Below, piece after piece: positions 27,273 to 39,270 of a DNA stretch of 64,000 nt. Position numbers and translations under genes: made by a program. Each line of letters starts with the position of its first letter. Positions within the stretch are counted from its first letter, which is position 1. The notes below the pieces were generated by a model. It had not been told where the DNA came from. It searched no databases and saw only the letters and a list, made by a program, of their open reading frames with translations. Where the stretch lies: positions 4,235,454 to 4,299,453 of the forward strand of contig NW_002060946.1 of the NCBI RefSeq assembly GCF_000150275.1. Reading direction: 5' to 3'. The stretch comes from Trichoplax adhaerens. Taxonomy: Eukaryota; Animalia; Placozoa.

Positions 27273-27980
27273 ATGGAATTGCACAAGTATTCATTACTAG
27301 TCTTAATCTCTGTTACAGCCATCCTCATTCCAAATTGTCAAAATGCATCAGTAGCAAAGAGATCAGCAACGGATGACGCAGGGAAACTCACCCATCCAAT
27401 ACAAGCATTCGCAGAAATACTTCAAAAGCTTCCTGATACTTGCAACCTACCTAACTTCAACACTACCGATATTAATCTATTAGAATATGCTAGAAAAAAA
27501 GTTGGAGAATCAAGATTTATAGATGCCGTCACAAAAATGATAATTAGTGATTTGGCTAAAAATAATCAAAAATTATTGTTACATCAATTTATTTTATATC
27601 CAAAAATTTTGAATACGTCTCTGTCGCTCAGGAATGTATTTATCAACAGGAATAGCAAGAATGCCTCTGTACAAGAATCAAAAGCATTATTCAGATATTA
27701 CTTAGCACTAGCTACTAATATAACTGCTAAATTTGATGACAAGATTCTTACAAAGGGAAGTAGAGAATGCAAATCTTTATTGTTAAAGGCCAATTATGTG
27801 ATTTATTATGTAAAACAGCTATTTAACTTCAATGAAAACAGTAGCCCTAAATTCCTTATCCAAGACAAAAAAAAATTAGGATTTGGCCTTGTTTATATGA
27901 CATCTCCCCAAAGTGGTATTTCTTCGCGTATGCATCTAGCTTTACTTTATCAAATTTTGGAGGAATTCATCAGCCCGTAG
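27273..27980 (+). CDS. Secreted alpha-helical glycoprotein of unknown family, paralogue 1 (235 aa, intronless)
   Basis: Signal peptide MELHKYSLLVLISVTAILIPNCQNA, a KR dibasic site and several N-x-S/T sequons. It shares C.LP..NT, ILYP.IL, N.NS...V, YYL.L, P.FL.Q and YQ.LEEF with the ORFs at 35073 and 44766. Confidence 0.88.
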   Translation: MELHKYSLLVLISVTAILIPNCQNASVAKRSATDDAGKLTHPIQAFAEILQKLPDTCNLPNFNTTDINLLEYARKKVGESRFIDAVTKMIISDLAKNNQKLLLHQFILYPKILNTSLSLRNVFINRNSKNASVQESKALFRYYLALATNITAKFDDKILTKGSRECKSLLLKANYVIYYVKQLFNFNENSSPKFLIQDKKKLGFGLVYMTSPQSGISSRMHLALLYQILEEFISP

Positions 27981-30900
27981 AATGGAAGGAGCAATTAACA
28001 TAACAGAATGAGACGTTACCGATTTCATGCAGAATTATTTAACTTTAAAAAAAACAGTACTTGTAAAACTATGACGCTGTTTTATTCGGTTTATGTTGAG
28101 TTAGCTTCAATAGGGTTATTTCAAATTTTTTTACCTATCTTTTGCTGTTGGTTTGTTTCTTAGCAAGACCAATATAATGTTCAAGTTATTTGCGTTGTTG
28201 ACAGATATTATTTTCGCTATGGTATAACTAAAATTAAAATATTGAAAAAGAATAGACAATAATCTACGATAACAATTAGTAGTTCCTGATTCACATATCC
28301 GGCTAACTATTCCGGTATCGATGAAAAGAAAATACTCCGACAGATATCATAGTATATAGGTACATTAAACTTCAATATTTAGCGTTCTTTAGAATTGCAT
28401 ATTTGTAGCGATGCTTGAAATAGCGTAGCCACGTAAATATCAATGCCGGTTTGCATTCAAATTTAAAGTAATACAGTGTTACGTACGTCAACTAGTTCTC
28501 GTCTACAACTTCGAAATGAAGCCGAATGCAAATTTGATAAATTTTTATTTACATTATAACATTGAATTATATGAGCTCAAATATAATGTGTATGAAAAAG
28601 GTGCTTAATGTCGCACCGTGACCTGCAAATCAATAAAGTCAATATTCAATAAAAATATGCTAAACAGGATTCTGAAAATTAATGAATGATATAGTTGCCA
28701 GTATAATTACGATTAGTTACACGTAATTATAGCATTATGGTTTATAATATTTTAAATTCTTATCTTGTTTATGGTAAAATATTATTACCGATTAATATAA
28801 TAAACTTCTTTGCTGTCTCTATTTTACAAGTATCAGCTAATCGCACACCCCACTAGTGATACTTCGTCCACTTAACTTATACTCAGTAAATTCTCAGTTA
28901 ATTATGCAGATACAGAGTATTATATTTTAGTTAGAATGAAGATAAATATAATGCTTATTAAGCACATAAAATGTTCGTAAGACGCCTTAATAATGAGATA
29001 AAAATTAATTAAACAAATGGTAGTCAAATATTACTTCGTTCTAATGAAGAGCATACTGACTCCAAAGTCTGAAGTACGGTGCATTTCAATTAAAATGATT
29101 AAAGATGATTTATTGATTTAAATGACAACGCAGACATACCATCCAAACGTTTTCCAGGAAATTTTTGATAAAATTCAAAATTGGCAATTTATATTTATGT
29201 GCACAATTATTATAATACTCTATAATAGGAAAAATTAAACGGTCTGCTTTATGTTTTATAACAATGACAATGTTTTTATGATATGTATTAGGACTCAAGC
29301 ACAGTGTAATAAGTTAGCAAGTTATGAAAATATTTGCATGTATATGAGAAAATCACACTTAGCTGAAAAGTTACCGTAGTACCACTGCATTATACTCCCA
29401 GTGTTCTAAATATTACTGCATTGCTAGCAATTGCATATCTTGTTTGATATAGCCTCAGTCATAGTATTTTAAGAAATCAGCGTGCTCTGCACTATTACAG
29501 TAAAGAAAGTAAATTTTTCCCTTTTACGTTTTTCAACAGCAACGTTGTTGAATAATAGGCGTAAGGACTTAAGCCTAGTGTAAATCAGCAAGTAATTAAA
29601 ACATTCACATATACAGTATGGTACAAGAAAAGAAAAAATAATAAAAGACAATAATAATATCACACTTAGTTGGAAGCTATTGTGATAAATTTTTGAACAC
29701 GATAATAAATAATTAATCTATAGAATATTAAAATAATAATTTTTGTGAGTCTGTATTAATGTAAATGTGTGTGTGCTTTACGGTACATGGTGCGGTAAAT
29801 TGCAGGAAATTAACCTAAATTCGTAGAGATGTTTCAACACACGCCCATTTTACGACTAATATTATGTTTTAATCTAATTCTACGCTTACTCTGTCAAACT
29901 TTACCAGATAAAATAAATATACCTGATAATTTAAGCATTGATCAATATAGAATTAAGCTATGCAGTTTAAGGTGACGAATGGTGTAGCTAGTAATACTTA
30001 TCATTATCATAATATTATAGTAATTCCTTATATTGTAATAATAAGTACAGTGTGTTAATATAACATTGACCATCATAATGTGCGCCAAAGCATAATTATC
30101 GAGGAATCAAAGACCCCAAACCATTAGAAATGGATCTATACTCAAGAAAATCCCCCTTTTTGCGGTGGGAGGATGTCGTAAATAAATAATAACTAATAAT
30201 AATGAGTAATAATACGAATTACCTTTCTGTACAGCAATATTACTGTATTGTAATACTATTTACTATCTACGTTGAAGCTGTTGCATGTGTATTCCGATGT
30301 GATTTACCGCAATTATGTGAAACGACAAAACGCCGTTGTTAGTGTTTAGAAATGTTATGAAAGCGTACATTATATTGAAAATAGGACTTCCTTGTTCTTC
30401 TCCTTCCTCAAGTATTTTATCATTAAATTTAATCCCGATGAATGATCAAATAAAGGCAAAAGCCCTATACAAGAAAAGACGCAATTCTACGATTCAGGTT
30501 ATTGCAGATTGTTGGGAGTAAACAAGAGATCTAACGGTCTGCCAAAATTGAAATGTGTGAGATTATTTGACATATAGTAACTACTCGTCATAATTATGTA
30601 TTATGACATGGACTACTAGATGATATATCTAATAGTTTATAGTTTTGTATACTGCATGCTAAAGTTCTGAAGTTGTTTGCTTGCTAATGATACATAGCTA
30701 GAACCGAGTTAAATGATAGTGATCGGAGTATAGCATTTAGGGTGCTGAAAATGCCCACGCTTGCACCATAACTTTCCAGGTGCGGTATTTTTACTTTAAA
30801 ATAATCATTTTAGCTGTGTAAGTACAGTATCATTACAAGTTCTGCGATTGTTTTCTAGCATATTCTAAGCAGGCCATCGGGTTATCAACTTTCAGCTTAG

Positions 30901-31741
30901 TGATCTCTGTCAATCTTTTTAGTATTCCCTGTTCCTGCTAGACTATTTTCTTGCTGTTGACATGAAAATAAATAAAGTAAATAAAAACGCAAAAACGCGG
31001 TCATTCTTACCATTGTTTTGCGGCACTCCTTGGTTCACTGACCGAGCGATGAATCAATTTAAAAGTTGACCGATCAGTTTGTAACCTGCCATTAACAGCA
31101 GGCGATTTATAACTTGACAGGAAGGCAAATAAGCGGACCGGATAAATAAGCTGTCTATAATTAACAATTATATTCATGAATTCTATTTACTAAGCACACA
31201 TTATGTGATACATACAATATCATAGCTAGTATTCTACGCGAATCGAGTATCCTGCCTGACTACCGTAACTACGTTAAATTAAGTTAAAATACAAATTACA
31301 GCGACTAACTAACTAAACGTATTCACTTTACATAGTTACAGTAGTGCACTCTAAGGATTCCATATAGTATGCTACCGGAGACAAAAAGAAAGGAAAAAAC
31401 GTTGATACAGTCAGGAATTACTAAAACACTAACTAACTAGAGAAGGAGAATACTGTCAACTATTCATAAGTGCACTCCGAAGTAGCCATCAAATTGGTTA
31501 TGCATAATACGGCATACGATTTCAGTCTTCCCATATAGTCAAATGACCAGTAAAACAGTCAGCTGCACGTTTTTGCCAACGATCAGTTGCTGACCCTCTC
31601 CTTCTTTTTGTGTAGGATATTGTCATGGGTACTAAAGGTTTTCTTCTAGTGATCACTACCAATCTACAGTATTATTTTAACTGCTGCTCGTGTTATTTAT
31701 TAATTTTATGTTCCTTATTAATTAAAATTGGATGTGTTGCT

Positions 31742-32110
31742 GATAGTGCCATAGGTTACACAGTACTTGGATATTGAGTTACTGTTGATGGCAGTACTAA
31801 CGTCAAGTCGATTCGTTAACTTACCATTTGGGCCCCAATTATCTATATACAGTAGTAGCAGCCGTTCGCATGTATTAATCCACTCACGGCTCACAAGTTC
31901 ACCATTCAGTGAATGGCTAATTATGCGATTTCGTTTCTAGATTTCCTACTTAATAAAATCGATGAAAACGGTAACCCTAAATTTCTTAATTAGTCCATAG
32001 AAAATTGGGGATTTGGCCTTGTTTATACGACGTCTCCACAAAGTGATACATCATCGTGTGTGAATATGGCTTTATTGCATCAAATTTTGAAGGAATTTGG
32101 ATTAGAACTA
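31742..32110 (+). pseudogene. Pseudogene of the secreted family, closest to paralogue 1: promoter retained, ~0.55 kb internal deletion, nonsense codon
   Basis: A promoter/5'UTR copy is joined directly to the C-terminal coding remnant DENGNPKFLN*SIENWGFGLVYTTSPQSDTSSCVNMALLHQILKEF. TAG at 31991-31993 replaces the conserved Gln. The ATG and signal peptide are deleted. Confidence 0.85.
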
Positions 32111-35072
32111 GCTAGCTATACGTTGATGTTCGTATTTAAGCAATAATTACATAACAAAATGAGATATCTGATTTTATACGGTTATACGGTTATTTAGCTT
32201 AAAACCCTTATATGCCCAAGTTGGAGTCAAAATGACCCCACTTGCTCATAAAGTTGTCATTAAAATTTTTATTTATGATTCGATTTTAATTACTTCTTAG
32301 TTAACTTCATTAGAGTTATTTCAATAATTTTCATCCTTTCTTATGTTGTTGACTTATTTCTCAGCAAGAGTAATGCGACGTTAAAGCTATTTGTGTTGTT
32401 GACAGTTAATATTTTCATCACAGTCTAATTAAAATATTGAACAAGCATAGACACTAATCTACGATAATAATTATATTTTATTAGTAGTTCTTGATTTACA
32501 TATCGGATATGTTAAGCTAGAGTATTTAACCGGCAAAGAATTCCTGTATCGATGAAAAGACTCTGATATCAAGGCATATCGATCATTTAATTTCAATATT
32601 CGCTTTCTTAAGAGCTGTATATTTACAATGATGCTTTAAATAGTCTGGCCGCAAAAAAAAACATCAACTCTCATTTGCATTAACATTTAAACTAGAGTAA
32701 CCTAGCGTTACGTACGATTTGCAAATTTGAAAAATTTTTATTTACATTATAATATTTAATTATATCAGCTCAAATATAATGTATATGCAAAGGTACTCAA
32801 TGCAGTACTGTGACCTGTAAATCAATAAATCAATATTCGATGAAAGCATGATAAATAGGATTCTAAAATTAATGAATGATACAGCTGGCTGCATAGTTCC
32901 GATTAATCTGTATGTACTTTACGGCATATAGTACTGTAAATTACATTAACCCAAATTGGCCGAGATGTTTCGAAGACAACTAATTGTAAAGTATTCGGTA
33001 ATCTAATAGTCAAGGATCCAAGAAAATGAAGCGCACAATGATTGGATCAGCGTTAAAGTAAGTGCAATCGGCTTAAGCATTAATCGATATAAAATTAAGC
33101 TACACAATACTAATCTAGACAAGTGCAAACAATTTACCATATCGTGGTCGCTATAAATAATATGATACGGTATATTGATACAACTTTCTCAACCATATGT
33201 ATTATTATATTAATTTTCAGCACAAAGTTAACAGCAAGCTAAAAATTATTGGTATTTTCATTAAAATCTGTAGCTTACAGACGTTTAAATACACTGGCGA
33301 TAGACTGAGTGACGGGTGTCTAGATTGCAAATAGAGTATTTAAAGAGTAATACAGTAGTAAGAATAATAACTATCAATCACATTTTATAATTAGTTAATT
33401 ATCTTGGTGTCGATGCCTTATTCGTTGGACCGGCATTTTGCTATCTATGGTACTTAAGAAAGCGTATACTGTGCGACGAAACTTAATTATCGAGGAATCA
33501 ATGACCCCGAATCATTAGAAATGAATTCACATCGTGCATCACATGTCGATATATGTTGAACGTAAAGAACAGCCGCCCATTTGTGCTGGGAGGATGTCGC
33601 AAATAATTTAGTTAGCAAATATTAATGAGCAATAATATGAATTATCTTACTCTAAAGCAATATTACTACACCATCATATTATTGTACTGTACCGTAGTAG
33701 TACATTAATCATTAGTGGTTAGAAAAGCTATAAAGGCGCACATTGTTTGAATATAGGCCATCTTCCCTCTTCTTCTTCCTTACGTATTTTACCAGTAAGT
33801 TTAACTTCGATAAAATATATTTTTATCAATGATCAAACAAAGACAAAAGCTTTATGCAAGTGAAAACGTCATTCTGCTTATTGCAGCTTGGTGTGAGTAA
33901 ATGAGAGACCCTTCATAGTCTGCCAAAATTAAAATACATGAGATTCTTTGAAATAGACGTAATAACTACTCTTCCTAATTATGCACTGCATGCTCTATGC
34001 TAAAAACCCTGCAGCTGCTTGCTTGCTAATGATATACAGCGAGAACGAAGTGAAATGATGGTGATCATTGCATGGCATTCGGGGTATTAAAAACTCCACG
34101 CCTACATCACAATTTTCCAGGTCCGGTATTTTTACTTTAATAATTATAAATAATTAAAACATCATTTTAACAGAGACAACATACTCGTATAGAACAGCAA
34201 ATAGTATACTACATACTTTTAGTGCGGTGTACTTACTACAAAGTCTGTAATCGTTTTCTAGCTTATATAGAGTAGACCAATGGGTTATCAACTTTTAGCT
34301 TAGTGGCCTCTATCAATCTTTTTAATAGTCCCCATTTCTCTAGATTATTATTTCTTGCTGTTGACGCGAAAATTAATTAAATAAAGAATGTAGAAACGCC
34401 ATCAATCTGACTATTATTTTACAGTACGCCTTAGTTAACAAACCAATCGGGAAATTAATCAATTTAAAGTTGACCGATTACTTTGTAACCTGCCATTACC
34501 AGCGGGCGATTTATGACTTGACAGGATGGTAAATAAATGGACCGGATGAATAAAGTGTAACAATTATATTGATGAATTCTATTCATTATATTGTACATAT
34601 TAAAGTGGTGTACTCTACGGATTCTGCACAGTTACCCTTCAGAGGTAGAAAGAAATGAAAGAAAAAAATTGTTGATGCAGCAAGATATTACTGAAACAAT
34701 AACTAGAAAAGGAGAGGGACTGTCAATTTCAGTGTTGTCAACAATTCATTATAAAAAAGTGCAGAGGCTGACTACAAGTATTTCTCTGATCATTTTAACT
34801 TCACACCGTAACGGCACTCGGAAAGTAGTCACAAAGTAGGTTGCACACAGGACGGTGTACGCTTCAAGTCTTCCTATGCAGTTAAATAACCAGCAAAATG
34901 GGAAGCATCACATTTATACCAGTGATCAGGTACTAACCGGCTCTTTCTTCTCATCGCTAGAGTGCAACACATATATAAACTGTGGAACCGGTCCAATATC
35001 GCTAGTAAAATGTTTTGCAGCATCGCAAGTTGTACTGTACGAGTTACTAAATTTATTGGTCCAAAAGTGAAA

Positions 35073-35810
35073 ATGGATTGGTATTCATTGTTGGCTTTTA
35101 GTTGCATTATAACTATCATCATTCCTAGTGAAGGGAAGAATTTACGCTGCTGCGATGAGGAAGCTTGGAATGTAGGAAATTCTCAGTATTCAGTGAATTG
35201 CGATAGTGCAATTGCAGTATTGAAAGCAACCGTTCAAGCATTATCTGACAAGGATGATTGTAATTTGCCTAGCTACAATACTACAAATTTTGTGCCCTCA
35301 GCTTGCGGGAAAATAATTCAACAATCAAAATTTCCAAGTGCTGTCCTCGATGTCGTCATTAGAAATTTTCCAGTTAAGAACAAGACCCGACCGTCATATT
35401 GTGAAGACATTTTGTATCCCCGAATTTTAAATACTGTATCTCTTGATCATGTATTGAATAACAAAAATAGTACGAATGCCACCGTCGTAGTATCTCTTAA
35501 ATTATACCTATATTACTTGCAATTGTTATTCAGTACGACTTCTAAATATGTACGGAAATGTAGAAAGATTCCTGAAATTTGCGAATATAATTTCATCAAC
35601 AGTATTTTATGCCAAGTCAATCAGGTAACTGAACAAATACCAACTATTTGCTTCGGCGAAAAGGCTAACGTTAACCCCATATTCCTAAAGCAAAGTACGG
35701 AAGATATAGCATTTGTTCTTCTTCATGCTAAATCACCTCAAAATTGCAAGCCGTGGGACTTAGATTTGGCTTTAATATACCAGCTTTTGGAAGAATTTAA
35801 ATTTAAATAA
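35073..35810 (+). CDS. Secreted Cys-rich alpha-helical glycoprotein, paralogue 2 (245 aa from ATG 35073, intronless)
   Basis: The true start is probably gtgaaaATG GAT TGG, the same context as the paralogues, rather than the ORF-track start at 34962. Signal peptide MDWYSLLAFSCIITIIIPSEG. Family motifs CNLPSYNTTN, ILYPRIL, LYLYYLQLL, NPIFLKQ and LIYQLLEEF. Confidence 0.88.
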   Translation: MDWYSLLAFSCIITIIIPSEGKNLRCCDEEAWNVGNSQYSVNCDSAIAVLKATVQALSDKDDCNLPSYNTTNFVPSACGKIIQQSKFPSAVLDVVIRNFPVKNKTRPSYCEDILYPRILNTVSLDHVLNNKNSTNATVVVSLKLYLYYLQLLFSTTSKYVRKCRKIPEICEYNFINSILCQVNQVTEQIPTICFGEKANVNPIFLKQSTEDIAFVLLHAKSPQNCKPWDLDLALIYQLLEEFKFK

Positions 35811-38800
35811 TTTTAAGTACAGTATGTAAATAACAAATTGGCATTACAGAATAAACTTGCACAGGCTTCATATGAAGTTGTTTTAACACTTTTAAAAGAC
35901 GATACAAAACTTGAAGATAATTATTACACTGCGCCATAACAACATAATTTAAATAAAGTTACTTCAATATCTTTACTCTTTCTTGGATTATTTTTAGGCA
36001 AAAGTAATGTGACATTAAAGTTTTTTACAAATAATGACAGTTGATGTTTTTTTGTCTTGGTATACGTGCGCAGAATATTGAGAAAGAATAGACATAATTT
36101 TACGGCAATAATAAATATTCATAGTTGAAAAATTAACAATTGGTGAAGCTGCCTGCGAAGTTTCACGTACTTATGCTACTATGCAATCATTCTATTCTTA
36201 AATTTTGCTTTTGTTAGTAGTGAAATTGTATGGTAATTACATATATTATCGTTATTCTATTATTATTGGTACATCCTTTAAATTTCTTTACTGTAATTGA
36301 ATGTCGTCGTATAGATATAAGTCACGCTATTAACTATACGAGCATATTACCCGTAATATCTTCCATGAAATTAAATTAAAAGTCACGACACGTACTGTAT
36401 ATTGCTATAGCGTAAATATCTCGCCGGTACTTGACGCTAGAATAAAAATTAAGTAAATAATCTTAGTAAAAATGTTTTATTTGTTCTTTCTATAATTTAA
36501 TTTGTTACAGTCTGCAGATTGTTGAACCTCAGTTCCAATTCTTAATCCAATCTTAAGGATAAAAACTCTTTCCAATATTTCATTCTTACTTCATATCAGT
36601 TAAATCCAAGTGATATATTAGTGATATATTGGTACCGGTACATTTGTAAAACGACTAATTAAGCAATAGCGAAGGCTTATAATATCAAATAATTAGTCGA
36701 TAATAACAATTACTCTATTACAGTAATTAAACAATTAATTGGTGCTAAATTAATAGTTTATTTAAGTAGGTACGATATCTTAATCATAGAAGTGTAATTA
36801 CGAGTTGATTACTCTTTCTCATTTGGCATAACAATAATTTAGCATATTGGAATTAATATATTGTGTCTATTTTATAATATATTCGATCATACGGTATATC
36901 GAAAATTAAATGCTACAACGATCAAACGCGATGCAAAGATAATTCAGGATCAAAATAGGCTTTATTTTAATCTGGTACACCAATGGGACGGATCAAGTGA
37001 AATGATAGCGCATATCCTATAACTGTACCTACTCATTAGCTTAATTACGGCAAGATATAGCAATATGCATACGTATACTCACATGAGCAGAGTTACTACA
37101 GTGTTTGAATATAGTCGACCTTGTTGCCAACCAATGAGAATTTCGATTGATATACGCTCTATTTCATGTTTTTGTTGCGCTAATAGCTGAATTACCGCAT
37201 AAAAGAGAAAATTTGGTCTATATCAGCCTATAATCATTGAATGAATTAAAATTTACGATCATAACTTTCATAACACGAAATAAAATAGTTTGTATACAGT
37301 CTAAAAGAACAGAGAAATAACAATCTATGTCACGTGCAAATCATTAGTTATAACCTTGTATGCTGCTGGTCATTAATTATAAGTCTTAGATTAATTAATC
37401 TCTTTGAATACCCTAAAAGTATACCGCTTTGAGCCTTTCGTTGTTTATAAGATAATCCATCACAGTCCTGTTGATCCATAATAATACATCTATCCTGGAA
37501 TAGTTATAATTAGCGTTTTGAAAAATAGAAGAACGAATAACTTCGAATTATTGTGTTTGAATCATAACCTCATCAATAAATAAAAAAATTGATAGCATAG
37601 ATGAAAATATTATAAATGGGGATCCAACGATTAATAAATGATACGCCTCCAGTAACATTCCGATTAATTATAGCTATGATGCCATGAAACCGTATTATAA
37701 CATTTTGAATTTTTGTTTTGTCAATGCTAAAAGTAATTCAATCTTGGCAGATTGCGGAATATTTGTATATGTTAACATATACAATATCATGCATTGTATT
37801 ATTCAATAGAATATATGACTAAAGCGCTAAAGACCCTACTTAAGAGCCTAAAGGTTGAGATAAAAAATTAATTAAATAAAATGGCAGTAAAATTTTACCT
37901 AGCTCTAGACTGCAAACGTCAAGATATTACTTGTCATAGTGGGGAAAGTAAATAGCTTACATTTACGTTTTATAAGAACGATAAATATGAATAATGATGT
38001 TAGGACTAAAATCTGATTTACATTAACATGATATGAAAATAATTGCATACGTATGACAAATTACATTTAGTTAAAAGGTTATCGTACTAATAAATACACT
38101 ATGCTACAGTATTTCAAATATTGCTACATTGTTAGTAATCGTATACCTTGTTAGACATACAGTAATCTCAATCACGGTACTTTTAGGGAGCCAGTGTGAT
38201 TCGCTCTAGAAAAGTAAATAATGTAGCCTGTTTACTTTAGGCTTAACATCAAGAATATCCCAGAATAACCAGCATAGGACTTAAACTTGGCGTAAATCAA
38301 TAAATAATTAAAATATTCACATATTACCTACATAAATAGGAAATCATGATAAAATTATATTCAGCTGAAAGTTGTTATGGTGAAATCATAAACATGCTAA
38401 CAACTATCATAGTATTGTAATGGTACAGTAGTGTGGTGACATGATTTTCGTCAACAATATACAATGTACACAACGCTATAGGGTACTACTTTTCACTGCG
38501 ATATTATGATCAAGCTAAAAACTGATTGACACTTCTAATAGATTCAGCAGTTCAACCTTGAGTACACTAGATACAAGCAGATATTATCGGCCTAAATTAA
38601 CGTATATAAGATTTTTTTATCACCATTATTCTAATGATGTATTGTAACTGTATACTTTACCTCAATTAAATGATGTCGTTATCTACACGTATACTGTATA
38701 CCAATAAGTTTGTAATTTTTTGCTTACTGTGGATGATATACAGCAAGAACAAGAGTAAAGTGGATGTAATAAATTAAGAACGGTATTTGTTTTTTTATTA

Positions 38801-39039
38801 CTATGATTACGAAAAGAAGTTAAACGTCATCAAATCTCATCACTCTTTCCTATAGTACTGCTCTCTACTGTACTGTATTAACAGATACACCATATGAAAA
38901 TTTTAGTATTATTATCTATATGAAATCACAAATAAATTGACGAGGAGTATTAATTTTACATGGTTAGTATACGCCAGTCTACACTATCATATATATATGT
39001 ATAAAACGAAAGGAAGGAAAAACCTATAGTGATGTACCT

Positions 39040-39270
39040 AATAAAAATTTTATACCATAAAAATTGTGTTATACGAGCTACGAAGTTTGGCGATCAAAAA
39101 TGAAAAGGTATTCATATCCATTGTTAGTCTTAAGCTGAGTTATAGCCATCGTCATTTCTTGTAATGAGAATTCTTCAGCAGTTAAAGTTCACAAGATGGA
39201 AAAAGTTATGCTCAGCCAAAAGTAGTATCGAAAAGAACGTCTCCAGCACCAATCTAAGTAAATATTTTTT
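39040..39270 (+). pseudogene. Second pseudogene of the secreted family, closest to paralogue 3: 5' remnant only
   Basis: The 5'UTR and signal region align with 44700-44830. The ancestral ATG reads AGG (39106). The frame reads (MK)RYSYPLLVLS*VIAIVISCNE against MYLYSLLILSYVIAIAIPSNA, with TGA at 39136-39138. The rest of the CDS is largely deleted, and the family 3' flank resumes at about 39650. Confidence 0.75.

Noticed and set aside
27980-28250. AU-rich (ATTTA) elements in family 3'UTRs and a C/EBP-like TTATGCAAT at about 27040 as cytokine-type regulation
   Set aside because: Such words are expected by chance in DNA this AT-rich, and they are not clearly conserved across all paralogues.
34962-35072. 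N-terminal 37 aa of the 282-aa ORF
   Set aside because: It begins at a non-ATG codon upstream of the TATA-like box. Paralogue alignment places the start at ATG 35073.
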